Below are positions 1 to 12,187 of a stretch of 64,000 nucleotides of DNA, piece after piece; within the stretch, counting starts at the first letter, position 1, and each line of letters opens with the position of its first letter. Location: NCBI GenBank assembly GCA_041690055.1, contig JBDNFB010000068.1, forward strand, positions 8,114 to 72,113. The letters are read 5' to 3'. The stretch is from Myxococcota bacterium (lineage in GTDB: Bacteria > Myxococcota_A > UBA9160 > UBA4427). The notes beneath the pieces are model-generated. The model was not told the origin of the DNA, made no database searches, and worked only from the letters and a program-made list of their open reading frames with translations. The position numbers and the translations under genes are program-made.

Positions 1-1
1 G

Positions 2-250
2 CAGCGCGATGGTCGCCCGCTCGAATTCCTGGGGACGTACAACCCGGGCGTTGAGCCGCCGGCCGTTCGACTCGAACTCGACGCGATCGAAGTGTGGCTC
101 GGCAAGGGCGCGCAGATGTCGGGCACTGTGAAGAGCCTCGTGAACCAGGTTCGTCGCAAGGGCAACACCTACTCCAACGTCCATACGTATACGCCGCCGG
201 AACAGCCTGTTGCTGTCGCTGCTGCAGAAGAGGCTGGTCTCAATGGCTGA
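2..250 (+). CDS. rpsP: 30S ribosomal protein S16, C-terminal part (5' end outside window)
   Basis: Frame 2 reads RDGRPLEFLGTYNPGVEPPAVRLELDAIEVWLGKGAQMSGTVKSLVNQVRRKGN, the conserved S16 core, with stop TGA at 248-250. It heads the conserved rpsP-KH-rimM-trmD-rplS operon. It is absent from the ORF track because it has no in-window start. Confidence 0.85.
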   Translation, partial: QRDGRPLEFLGTYNPGVEPPAVRLELDAIEVWLGKGAQMSGTVKSLVNQVRRKGNTYSNVHTYTPPEQPVAVAAAEEAGLNG

Positions 251-482
251 TCGCGGAGATGATTCGGCAGACTTGGTTGAATTCCTGGCTAAGGCCATCG
301 TGAGCAACCCCGATGACGTCAACGTCATCGTTGAAGAAGACGGCGACCTGATCGAGCTCGAGACGGCCGACGGAGACCGAGGCCGCGTGATTGGCAGACA
401 GGGCCGCGTGGCCAAGGCGCTTCGCGCCATCCTGAATGCCACGGCAGAGGGCGAAGGCTCGCGGCTCGACATCGTCGACTAG
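243..482 (+). CDS. KH-domain RNA-binding protein (YlqC/UPF0109 family)
   Basis: ORF 210-482; the ATG at 243 overlaps the rpsP stop. GRVIGRQGRVAKALRAIL carries the GxxG KH signature. The position between rpsP and rimM is conserved. Confidence 0.8.
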   Translation: MADRGDDSADLVEFLAKAIVSNPDDVNVIVEEDGDLIELETADGDRGRVIGRQGRVAKALRAILNATAEGEGSRLDIVD

Positions 483-587
483 TTTTGAGGAAAGCGGCGG
501 ATGCGCCGGTGACCTTCGTTTTTTACGGACTAGCCGGGCTGTGTTGTCTAGTTGCTGTGTGCGAGTCAGTTGAGCTTTGGTCGCTTG

Positions 588-733
588 TTGCTGTTCGCGG
601 AGGCGCGGGGCGATGTTGGGTCGATTGCCGTTCGCGGACTCCTTGGTTTTCTTGCTGCGTTGCCGTTCGGGGACTGCCTTCGTTCTCTTGGCTTTGTGGC
701 CATTCGTGGGCTCGCTGCCCTTTATTGTGCGTC
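588..733. repeat. Four degenerate ~36-nt direct tandem repeats in the KH-rimM spacer
   Basis: Unit starts are at 588 (ttgctgttcgcggagg), 625 (ttgccgttcgcggactcc), 660 (ttgccgttcggggactgcc) and 697 (tggccattcgtgggctcgc), giving periods of 37/35/37 nt. Units 2 and 3 align over almost their full length. Confidence 0.6.
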
Positions 734-775
734 GGCTGAGCTGTATTGATCCGCTCTGCGGCGGCGGGCGCTGAT

Positions 776-1309
776 ATGCTTTTACAAGACCGAATTGTGT
801 TAGGCGAGATCGCCGGGGTGCATGGCCTCGATGGAGAGATCCGCGTGCGCATCGCAGGCGATTCTCCCGCGCATCTGCTCACTATGGAATCGGTTTGGGT
901 CGGTCGGACCACGACGGACCCTGAATCAAGGCGATACACGGTGCTGGACGGGGGCACGGGACGAGGCGGCGAGGTGCGTTTGCTGCTGGAGGGCATCGAT
1001 CGGCGCAGTCGGGCCGGCGAGTTGGTGGGGCAGTTGGTGACCGCTCCGGCGAATGTGCTGGAGCCTCTGCCTGAGGGCGAATTCTACTGGTACGAGCTGA
1101 TCGGCTGCGGAGTTGAGTCGGAAGCCGGTGAGCAGGTCGGAACCGTGCGTGAGATCTGGGAGACCGGGGCGCACGATGTGCTTGTCGTGAAGGACGAAGA
1201 CGGCGTGCGGCGACTGATTCCGACCGCGGCGGAGCTGATGAAGGAAGTAGACCTCGAGGCCCGACGGATCGTCGTCGTCGATTTGCCAGGCCTGCTGGAG
1301 CCTTCTTAA
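776..1309 (+). CDS. rimM: 16S rRNA processing protein RimM
   Basis: ORF 746-1309 with an ATG at 776. LGEIAGVHGLDGEIRV is typical of the RimM N-terminal barrel. Operon position between the KH protein and trmD fits. Confidence 0.85.
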   Translation: MLLQDRIVLGEIAGVHGLDGEIRVRIAGDSPAHLLTMESVWVGRTTTDPESRRYTVLDGGTGRGGEVRLLLEGIDRRSRAGELVGQLVTAPANVLEPLPEGEFYWYELIGCGVESEAGEQVGTVREIWETGAHDVLVVKDEDGVRRLIPTAAELMKEVDLEARRIVVVDLPGLLEPS

Positions 1310-1422
1310 AACAGACGAGGCCCCTCCTGAAACGGGGAGGGCCCCGGCGGGAAACGAGAAGGCCCCCGGCCCCAAAAACGAGAAGAGCCCCGGCCAGAAA
1401 CGAGACGAGGCCTCGCCGAACC
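1308..1422. repeat. Five degenerate 21-25-nt direct tandem repeats in the rimM-trmD spacer
   Basis: Units: aaaacagacgaggcccctcct (1308), gaaacggggagggccccggcgg (1329), gaaacgagaaggcccccggcccc (1351), aaaaacgagaagagccccggccag (1374), aaacgagacgaggcctcgccgaacc (1398). Core is AAACGAGA-N-GGCCCCGGCC. Confidence 0.65.
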
Positions 1423-1465
1423 AGGCCGTGCCAGGCGACGCCACGCGGGGAAAGGGAGCGATCCG

Positions 1466-2185
1466 ATGCTAAAAATCGACATTCTCACGCTCTTTCCCGA
1501 TCTTTTCGGGCCCTTCCTTGAGACCGCCTTCGTTGGAATCGCGCAAAGGGACGGCGCGGTGCGCATAGAGACCCACGATTTGCGCGATTGGACCGAGGAC
1601 CGGCATAGGACCGTCGACGACAGCCCCTACGGCGGGGGACCCGGCATGCTGATGAAGCCCGAGCCTCTGGTTCCCGCAATCGAGGCGCTAGCGGGGCCCA
1701 AGGGCTCAGACCGCCCGGGACAGGTCGCCTATCTCTCGCCACAGGGTCGGCCTCTGGACCAGGACAAGCTGTCCGAGCTGGCAGCGGGACCGCCGCTCTT
1801 GCTCGTCTGTGGGCGATATGAGGGGGTTGACCAGCGGGCTCTGGACCTGGCCGTCGACGAAGAGATCTCGATCGGGGATTTCGTCTTGTCCGGCGGGGAA
1901 GTGCCGGCGATGGTCCTGATCGAGGGGCTGGTCCGGCTTTTGCCAGGTGTTTTGGGAAATCCGGACTCGATTGAAACAGAATCGTTCCGAGGGGGAGCCT
2001 TCCTTGAAGGTCCGCACTACACTCGGCCGCCGATTTACCGAGGGCTCTCGGTGCCAGAAATCCTCCGCTCGGGCGACCACGCCGCGATCGAGAGCTGGCG
2101 CCGTGAACAAGCTCTCGCTCGGACGCGCGAACGCCGACCGGATCTGCTGGATCCGAACGGAAACGAGAAAGCGCGTCGACCATAG
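1466..2185 (+). CDS. trmD: tRNA (guanine37-N1)-methyltransferase TrmD
   Basis: [37 protein letters not shown] and [11 protein letters not shown] are TrmD signature blocks; operon context agrees. Confidence 0.95.
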   Translation: MLKIDILTLFPDLFGPFLETAFVGIAQRDGAVRIETHDLRDWTEDRHRTVDDSPYGGGPGMLMKPEPLVPAIEALAGPKGSDRPGQVAYLSPQGRPLDQDKLSELAAGPPLLLVCGRYEGVDQRALDLAVDEEISIGDFVLSGGEVPAMVLIEGLVRLLPGVLGNPDSIETESFRGGAFLEGPHYTRPPIYRGLSVPEILRSGDHAAIESWRREQALARTRERRPDLLDPNGNEKARRP

Positions 2186-2255
2186 ACAATCGAGACAATC
2201 GAGAAGATAAGCCGACCGGTCTTACGAGATCTTTACGGAATTTGAGGAAAGTACG

Positions 2256-2948
2256 ATGCGCACTCTAGATTTTATTGAGCAGGAAACTCTTCGTCGTGAC
2301 CTGCCGCCTTTCAAGGTCGGTGACACGGTTGCTGTGCATGTGCGCGTTCGCGAAGGCGACAAAGAGCGCATTCAGGTCTTTCAGGGCCTCGTGATTCGCC
2401 GCAAGGGTGGAAGCGCCAGCGAGACGTTCACCGTCCGAAAGATTTCGAGCGGTGTCGGCGTGGAGCGGATCTTCCCCGTGCAGTCGCCCCTCGTGACCAA
2501 GGTCGAGATCAAGGCGCGCGGTTTCGTGCGACGCTCGAAGCTCTACTACCTGCGCGATCTCTCGGGCAAGAAGGCGCGCCTGCAGACGAAGGTGCGAGAC
2601 CTTTCTGATGTGATGTCGCCGGAAGAGGCCGATGCTGCGCTCAAGAAGCTGAACGAAGTGCCGGAAGTCGCCGAGACCAAGGTCGAGAAGAAGGCCAAGG
2701 CGGAAGCCGCCAAGGGCGACAGCAAGCTCAAGGGCAAGGCACGCAAGAAGGCGCTGGCCGAAGAGAAGACCAAGCGCATGGCCGAGCTCAAGAAGGAAGA
2801 CGAGGCCCGAGCCGCCAAGAAGGCCAAGGCAGAAGCCGAGCAGGCTGCTGCCGAAGCGGCTGAAGCCGCCGCCGCTGAAGCCTCTAACGCCACGGAAGGC
2901 ACGGAGACCACAGAAGGCGATGCGGCTGAGGGCAAAACCGAAAGCTGA
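2256..2948 (+). CDS. rplS: 50S ribosomal protein L19 with long K/A/E-rich C-terminal extension
   Basis: The first ~115 aa are L19 ([60 protein letters not shown]). Residues ~116-230 are a low-complexity Lys/Ala/Glu tail. Confidence 0.9.
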   Translation: MRTLDFIEQETLRRDLPPFKVGDTVAVHVRVREGDKERIQVFQGLVIRRKGGSASETFTVRKISSGVGVERIFPVQSPLVTKVEIKARGFVRRSKLYYLRDLSGKKARLQTKVRDLSDVMSPEEADAALKKLNEVPEVAETKVEKKAKAEAAKGDSKLKGKARKKALAEEKTKRMAELKKEDEARAAKKAKAEAEQAAAEAAEAAAAEASNATEGTETTEGDAAEGKTES

Positions 2949-3006
2949 ACCAGAGCTGATCGGAAGCGGATCGGAAGCTGATAGACACGCCGAGCGTGGG
3001 CGCCGC

Positions 3007-3549
3007 CTAGAAGGCAGCCATCCAATGCTCGAAGGTCCAGGCCTCATGAAGCTCTTTCGAACGAGCCGAATGAGCCGAATGAATTGACCGCCGTACCCGA
3101 CCGGGTACGGCGGTTTCTTTTTGGGGGACCGGCAGGTTGCCTGGAAAGGTGCTTGGTAAGGTGCCTGGCGACGTGCTCGGTCCGGCGGACGCACCGACCG
3201 ACCGGCCGGGCTCGGGATCGCCCTCCGCGCCGCGCACGCAGGTCACGACGTCGAAGCGGCGGCCGCGCGTGCCTCGGGCGGCCTCGGGATCGGTTTCAAG
3301 CCATGCCCAGGCGCCTCGGCGGAGCCTTCTCTGTTTGCGCGCGTCGACCGCCTCTGCGGCGAGCCCATGTGAGGTTCCGTGCCGCGCCTTCACCTCGACG
3401 AAAACCAACAGGGATCCCTTGCGCGCGACGAGGTCGATCTCCACGCGATCGGCGCGGACGTTGCGTGCGACGATGCGATATCCTTTTGCTTCAAGGTATT
3501 CAGCGGCGCGATCCTCTCCTTCGAGGCCAAGCTTGCGGCGTTTATGCAT
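3007..3549 (-). CDS. yraN: YraN family (UPF0102) endonuclease-like protein with extended C-terminus
   Basis: GEDRAAEYLEAKGYRIVARNVR...VEIDLVARKGSLLVFVEVKAR...RRFDVV is the YraN/UPF0102 pattern. It is divergent from rsmI, as in many bacteria. The last ~70 aa are unconserved-looking. Confidence 0.8.
   Translation of the reverse strand: MHKRRKLGLEGEDRAAEYLEAKGYRIVARNVRADRVEIDLVARKGSLLVFVEVKARHGTSHGLAAEAVDARKQRRLRRGAWAWLETDPEAARGTRGRRFDVVTCVRGAEGDPEPGRSVGASAGPSTSPGTLPSTFPGNLPVPQKETAVPGRVRRSIHSAHSARSKELHEAWTFEHWMAAF
3086..3121 (+). terminator. Rho-independent terminator candidate downstream of rplS
   Basis: accgccgtaccc (3086-3097) / gggtacggcggt (3102-3113) form a perfect 12-bp stem with loop gacc, followed by tttcttttt. 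It lies inside the 3' end of the antisense yraN ORF. Confidence 0.6.
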
Positions 3550-3592
3550 GCGTAAAGAGTTCCTTTATGACCGGGGGCATCCAGATTAGACG

Positions 3593-4446
3593 ATGGGCAC
3601 GCTCCACCTTGTCGCGACACCGATTGGTCACCTGGAGGACGTGACCTTCAGGGCTCTTCGTGTTCTGCGGGAAGCGGACTGGGTGTTCGCCGAAGACACG
3701 CGCCGGACGCGCGTCCTACTGGATCATTTCGAGATTCCGCAGAAGCCTTCTTCGCTGCACGCGCATAACGAGGTTGGGCGCATCGAGCGCATTCTTCAGG
3801 CCCTGGCCGAGGGGCAATCGGTCGCGCTTGTCTCTGATGCAGGGACGCCCCTGGTCTCGGACCCGGGTGCGAAGCTGGTCGCCGCAGTCGCCGAGGCGGG
3901 CTTTCGGGTCGAGGCAGTGCCGGGGCCTTCGGCGCTCCTGACGGCACTGACTGTCTCGGGATTGAATACGGATCGCGTGCTCTTCCTGGGCTTCTTGCCG
4001 CGGAAGGCGGGCGCGCGGCGGCAGATTCTGGAAGCGCAGATCGGGCGGTCGGAGACGCTCGTGCTCTTTGAGTCGCCGCGGCGGGTCGCGACGACGGCGG
4101 CGGAAATGGCGGAGATTCTCGGTGACCGTCCGGCCTGTCTGGCGCGTGAATTGACGAAGCGGCATGAGGAAGTCATCCGCGAACCGCTTTTGGCGCTGGC
4201 GAGTCGGTTCGCGGAAGAGGGGCCCCGCGGTGAATGCACGCTGGTGGTGGCTGGGGCCTCCGCGGAGGAGGCCAGCGAGGCGCGCGCCTGGCTCGACGAA
4301 GACGTGGATGCGGCGATTAGGGCAGGGTTGGCGTCGGGGGATTCGACCAAGGATCTGGCGAGCGCACTCGCGAAGAAGACCGGACGGCCAAAGCGCGCGC
4401 TGTATGCGCGGGCGATTGCGCTTCGCGAGGAAGCGAGAGGCGGGGC

Positions 4447-4450
<4 letters not shown>
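3593..4450 (+). CDS. rsmI: 16S rRNA (cytidine1402-2'-O)-methyltransferase RsmI
   Basis: GTLHLVATPIGHLEDVTFRALRVLREADWVFAEDTRRT and SDAGTPLVSDPG are tetrapyrrole-methylase-fold RsmI blocks. Confidence 0.9.
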
Positions 4451-8426
<3,976 letters not shown>

Positions 8427-8563
8427 TCAAGGGGCCTCTCTCCGACGCCGATGTCTGGAGAGCATCCGAGGAACGCATCCGGGCGCTCGCGACCATACCA
8501 CGGTCGCGAGGAGAGAGTTGGGGAATCCCAGCTCGTCCAGAAGGGCATAGTAGGGCACTCTAA

Positions 8564-9457
8564 ATGGCAATCAGCGTGGCGACAGCGCCCGCGTCGGACC
8601 GGTCCGGAAGCGGGACCGTTGCGGAGGCGGTAATCGAAGGGGCGCAGAGCGCTCTCGGCGACGCCCTTGCCCGAGTGGCGGAGCTCGAAGCGGAGCTAAC
8701 GCAGCAGGCACGCCTGCGCACCGAGCTGATCCATCTCGTGAGCCACGAGCTGCGCACACCCATCACAATCATCTCTGGCTTCAACCGACTCGTGCGGAGC
8801 GAGGCCGTGATCCCGCTGAGTGAAGAACAAGACCGATTCATCGGCGAGAGCCTCAAGGCCTGTCGCCGTCTCGATCGTTTCGTCGACGATCTGTTGGCGG
8901 CTCGACCCGACGGCGCCACGCCGATGGCCGTGGTGCAGCGCCGCGTTTCGACGACGGATCTCGAAGGTGTGATCCAGGCGCAGCTTGAGTCGATGGCGCC
9001 GCTTTTGGCCGATCGCCGTCTCAATCTCGAGTGCGTTTTTGAGGCGCCGAGGCTTGCCCTTTCACTGGATCTCGAACGCATCGAGCAGGTCGTGACGAAC
9101 CTACTCTCGAATGCGATTCGCTACGGGCGTCCGGGCGGATCAGTGCGGGTTTCGGTTCGTCGGAGTCAGTCTGAAGATGGACGGCAGAATCGTTTTCCGA
9201 TCGAAGTGGCGGTCGAGGATGACGGGCCGGGTATTCCTGTGCCCGATCGCGAGCGGCTCTTCGAGCCCTATGTGCGCGGGCGGGCCAAGCAGGACCGATC
9301 GCAACTGAACGGTGACGGACTTGGCATCGGGCTGTCAATTTGCAGGCGCATCATCGCAGCGCACGGTGGATCAATTTCGGTGGACGCGAGTTCGCTGGGT
9401 GGCGCGCGATTCGAATTTAGACTGCCGAGTGCGCCGCACTCGGACTTGGAGGGGTAA
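8564..9457 (+). CDS. Soluble histidine kinase without recognisable sensor domain
   Basis: H-box LVSHELRTPITIISGF, N-box VVTNLLSNAIRYG, G1 VEDDGPGIP, G2 GDGLGIGLSICR. Only ~55 aa (coiled-coil-like) precede the H-box, and there is no hydrophobic segment. Confidence 0.85.
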   Translation: MAISVATAPASDRSGSGTVAEAVIEGAQSALGDALARVAELEAELTQQARLRTELIHLVSHELRTPITIISGFNRLVRSEAVIPLSEEQDRFIGESLKACRRLDRFVDDLLAARPDGATPMAVVQRRVSTTDLEGVIQAQLESMAPLLADRRLNLECVFEAPRLALSLDLERIEQVVTNLLSNAIRYGRPGGSVRVSVRRSQSEDGRQNRFPIEVAVEDDGPGIPVPDRERLFEPYVRGRAKQDRSQLNGDGLGIGLSICRRIIAAHGGSISVDASSLGGARFEFRLPSAPHSDLEG

Positions 9458-9460
9458 ACG

Positions 9461-10909
9461 ATGGGAGCCGCGCTGAAGAAAACAGCCGCACGTAGGATGT
9501 CCGAGGACGAAGCGCCAAAACCACCGCGCGCGTTAGTCGTGGATGATGCCGAGGGCATGCGCGCCTATCTTGCGAGTCTTTTTGAGAGCCGCGGGTTCGA
9601 CGTGGATACGTGTGATGATGGGCGTCGTGCGCTGGCGCTGCTGGAGAGCGGTGCGGATCCGGATGTCGTGGTCCTCGACGTGATGATGCCGGGCATCGAC
9701 GGCATGGCGACGCTCGCCTTGATCAAGGAGACCTGGCCGGAGCTTCCGGTCCTGATGGTCTCCGTGATCGGAAAGGCCAGCACGATCGTCGACGCCATGC
9801 AGCTCGGGGCAGCGGACTATTTGACCAAGCCTTTCGAAGAGGGCGAGATCGACGCCGCCCTGGACCGGCTTGGCCTGCACTCAAGCGGAAAACGAACGCA
9901 TTCGAGCCAGTCGCCGGAGGGGCGCGGGGAGACCGTATGGGTCAGTTCCGCGATGCGGGAAATTCGCGCTGTGATCGAGCAGATTGGCGAGACGGACGTG
10001 ACGGTACTGATTCAGGGAGAGAGCGGCGTCGGTAAGGAAGTCGTCGCGCGCGAGGTACATGCCGTTTCGAATCGCGTGTCGCAGCCCTTTGTGAAGGTGA
10101 ACTGTGCGGCGCTGCCGACAGATCTTCTTGAAAGCGAACTCTTTGGTTATGAAAAGGGCGCGTTCACCGGCGCGAATGGGCGCAAGCAGGGCAAGTTCGA
10201 ACAGGCGAATAACGGCACGATCTTCCTCGATGAGATTGGCGAGATGTGTCCCTCGCTGCAGGCGAAGCTGCTGCAGGTTTTACAGGATTCGGAGTTCACG
10301 CGCCTCGGTGGCAACCGCGAGGTGCAGGTCGATGTGCGTGTCGTCTGTGCGACGAACCGGTCACTGCTCGATATGGTTGCGGCGGGCGATTTTCGAGAGG
10401 ACCTGTTCTTCCGAATGAACGTCGTGGCGATCGAAATTCCGCCGCTGCGACAGCGACGGGAAGAGGTTCCTCTTCTGGTCGAGACCTTCCTCTCGCGGTA
10501 CTCGCTGCTCTACGAACGGCCATACCGCGGCCTCTCTCAGCCGCTGATCGAGGCGCTGGCCAGCTATCCCTTTCCGGGTAACGTCCGCGAGCTCGAGAAT
10601 ATGATCAAGCGCGTCGTTGTGCTCGAGAACGAAGAGTCGATCATGAAGGATCTGCGCAAGCCCCAGACCACTCGGTCCGAGCGTCGGGAGGAGCTGGATG
10701 CTCTCCTGTTCGAAATGGAAGAGACGGCGGGGGAACTTCCGCTACGAGAGGTCGGCCGGCGCTTTGCCAGGGAAGTCGAGCGTGAGGCGATCGAGCATAT
10801 GCTGAAAGAGACGGGCTGGAATCGCAAGCAGGCCGCTTTACGATTAGGCGTGAGCTACAAGACTCTCCTGCAGAAGATTCGCGATTGCGAGGTCGCGGTC
10901 GAGGCCTGA
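9461..10909 (+). CDS. Sigma-54-dependent response regulator (NtrC family, PrsR-like)
   Basis: Receiver (VVVLDVMMPGIDG), AAA+ Walker A GESGVGKE, GAFTGA sigma-54 contact loop, C-terminal Fis-type HTH NRKQAALRLGVSYKTLLQKI. It lies 3 nt after the kinase stop. Confidence 0.85.
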   Translation: MGAALKKTAARRMSEDEAPKPPRALVVDDAEGMRAYLASLFESRGFDVDTCDDGRRALALLESGADPDVVVLDVMMPGIDGMATLALIKETWPELPVLMVSVIGKASTIVDAMQLGAADYLTKPFEEGEIDAALDRLGLHSSGKRTHSSQSPEGRGETVWVSSAMREIRAVIEQIGETDVTVLIQGESGVGKEVVAREVHAVSNRVSQPFVKVNCAALPTDLLESELFGYEKGAFTGANGRKQGKFEQANNGTIFLDEIGEMCPSLQAKLLQVLQDSEFTRLGGNREVQVDVRVVCATNRSLLDMVAAGDFREDLFFRMNVVAIEIPPLRQRREEVPLLVETFLSRYSLLYERPYRGLSQPLIEALASYPFPGNVRELENMIKRVVVLENEESIMKDLRKPQTTRSERREELDALLFEMEETAGELPLREVGRRFAREVEREAIEHMLKETGWNRKQAALRLGVSYKTLLQKIRDCEVAVEA

Positions 10910-10914
10910 CCGGC

Positions 10915-12150
10915 CTAACGACTCTTCGATTCCGCGAGGACGCGTTCCATGAACGCGGACATCTTGCGGGCGAGATCGTCGCGGATGAATCCGTCTTCCA
11001 CCCAGCGTCGACCCGCGGCGGCACGGCGCGCCGCCGTCTCCGGATCCTTCATGACGGCCTTAATCGCGCTCACCATCTGGTCGGCCGCCTCGGGGTCAAT
11101 GACGAGGGCACCTTCCGCTTCGTCGAGCATGCGCCGGATCTCGCCTTTGGCCGCGAGGATGACGGGCCTTTCCTGCGCACAGAATTCGAAAATCTTGGAC
11201 GGGATCACGGTTTCGAAGACCGGGAGGTCGCGGAGCATGACGAGCAGGACGTCGATTGAGGCGATCCACTGGGGCATCGCTTCGCGAGGCTGAAGGCCGA
11301 GCATTTGAATATTGCTCAGGCCGCGCGCGGCGATATCGGCTTCGAGCTTGGCACGATCCGCGCCGTCGCCGATCAGCACAAACCGGATATCCGTAGTCGC
11401 TTTCATCTTCTCGGCAACATCAACTAGCAGCGTGAGTCCGTGGGCCAATCCGAGAGTCCCGACGTAGGCCACGGTGAAGTGATTCTGGAGGCCATGTTCG
11501 GCGAGGAGCGCCAGGTTCTTGGGGCGCGGCTTGAAGAGCGCCGGGTCGATGCCGTTATAGACCAGTTCGATATCGCCCGGGGCGACGCCTCGGGCGGTGA
11601 TATGGTCACGGAAAGTGCGCGTGTTCACGACGACACCAGCAGCGCTTTTGTAGAGCCAGCGCTCAAGGGCCTCAAGCGTCGAAAGAATCATTCCAGGCTG
11701 GAGCTGCCCCAGCTCCACTACCGATTTCGGCCAAAGGTCGCGGATCTCAAGGACGAAAGGTCGTCGCTTCAGCTTGGCGATGACGGCCCCCGCCACGCCC
11801 ACGAAGAACTGCGGGCTCGTCGCGACGACGAGATCGGGCTTCTTCGCCCGGGCCGATGCCAGGACCGCGGTGAGCGCGAAGAGCAGGTAGTTGGCGACGC
11901 GCTTCATGAAGCCGGAATTCGGCGTGAGGTACATCCAAGTCCGGATGACGCGGATGCCGTCGATTTCTTCTTCTTGAATCCAGCGATTTTCGAAGCCCGG
12001 AAAGATCTCTCCGCGCGGATGATTCGGGACGCCGGTAATCACGGTGACTTCGTGACCATCCTGCACCCAACGCCGACAATGCTCGTGGGTCCGGTTGGCC
12101 GGGGCGTTCACTTCGGGCGGGAAATAATGAGTGATGAAGAGGATCTTCAT
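10915..12150 (-). CDS. Glycosyltransferase family 4 (WbuB-like)
   Basis: MKILFITHYFPPEVNAPANRTHEHCRRWVQDGHEVTVITGVPNHP is typical of WbuB-type GT4 enzymes, and a C-terminal EX7E-like region is present. It is the last gene of the minus-strand wecB-exosortase-epsI operon. Confidence 0.85.
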   Translation of the reverse strand: MKILFITHYFPPEVNAPANRTHEHCRRWVQDGHEVTVITGVPNHPRGEIFPGFENRWIQEEEIDGIRVIRTWMYLTPNSGFMKRVANYLLFALTAVLASARAKKPDLVVATSPQFFVGVAGAVIAKLKRRPFVLEIRDLWPKSVVELGQLQPGMILSTLEALERWLYKSAAGVVVNTRTFRDHITARGVAPGDIELVYNGIDPALFKPRPKNLALLAEHGLQNHFTVAYVGTLGLAHGLTLLVDVAEKMKATTDIRFVLIGDGADRAKLEADIAARGLSNIQMLGLQPREAMPQWIASIDVLLVMLRDLPVFETVIPSKIFEFCAQERPVILAAKGEIRRMLDEAEGALVIDPEAADQMVSAIKAVMKDPETAARRAAAGRRWVEDGFIRDDLARKMSAFMERVLAESKSR

Positions 12151-12187
12151 CGGAGCGAGCCGTCCTGCTGCGACATGAGTCCGGTAC

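Noticed and set aside
485-739. 84-aa Cys/Val/Leu-rich ORF, and the overlapping ORFs 552-749 and 577-774, in the KH-rimM spacer.
   Set aside because: All three frames are open because the DNA is a G/T-rich tandem repeat. The periodic peptide patterns mirror the 36-nt DNA repeat, and there is no RBS or family resemblance.
8486-8510. 9-bp inverted repeat ctcgcgacc-N7-ggtcgcgag in the ligA/kinase divergent spacer.
   Set aside because: No U-tract on either strand, so not a terminator. It could be an operator, but a single GC-rich dyad with no second copy in the window is weak evidence.
8553-8569. Sigma-54-like element GGGCAC-N..-TGGCA in front of the histidine kinase.
   Set aside because: The GG-to-GC spacing is one nucleotide too long relative to TGGCAC-N5-TTGC, and the putative -12 element is the kinase start codon itself (ATGGCA).
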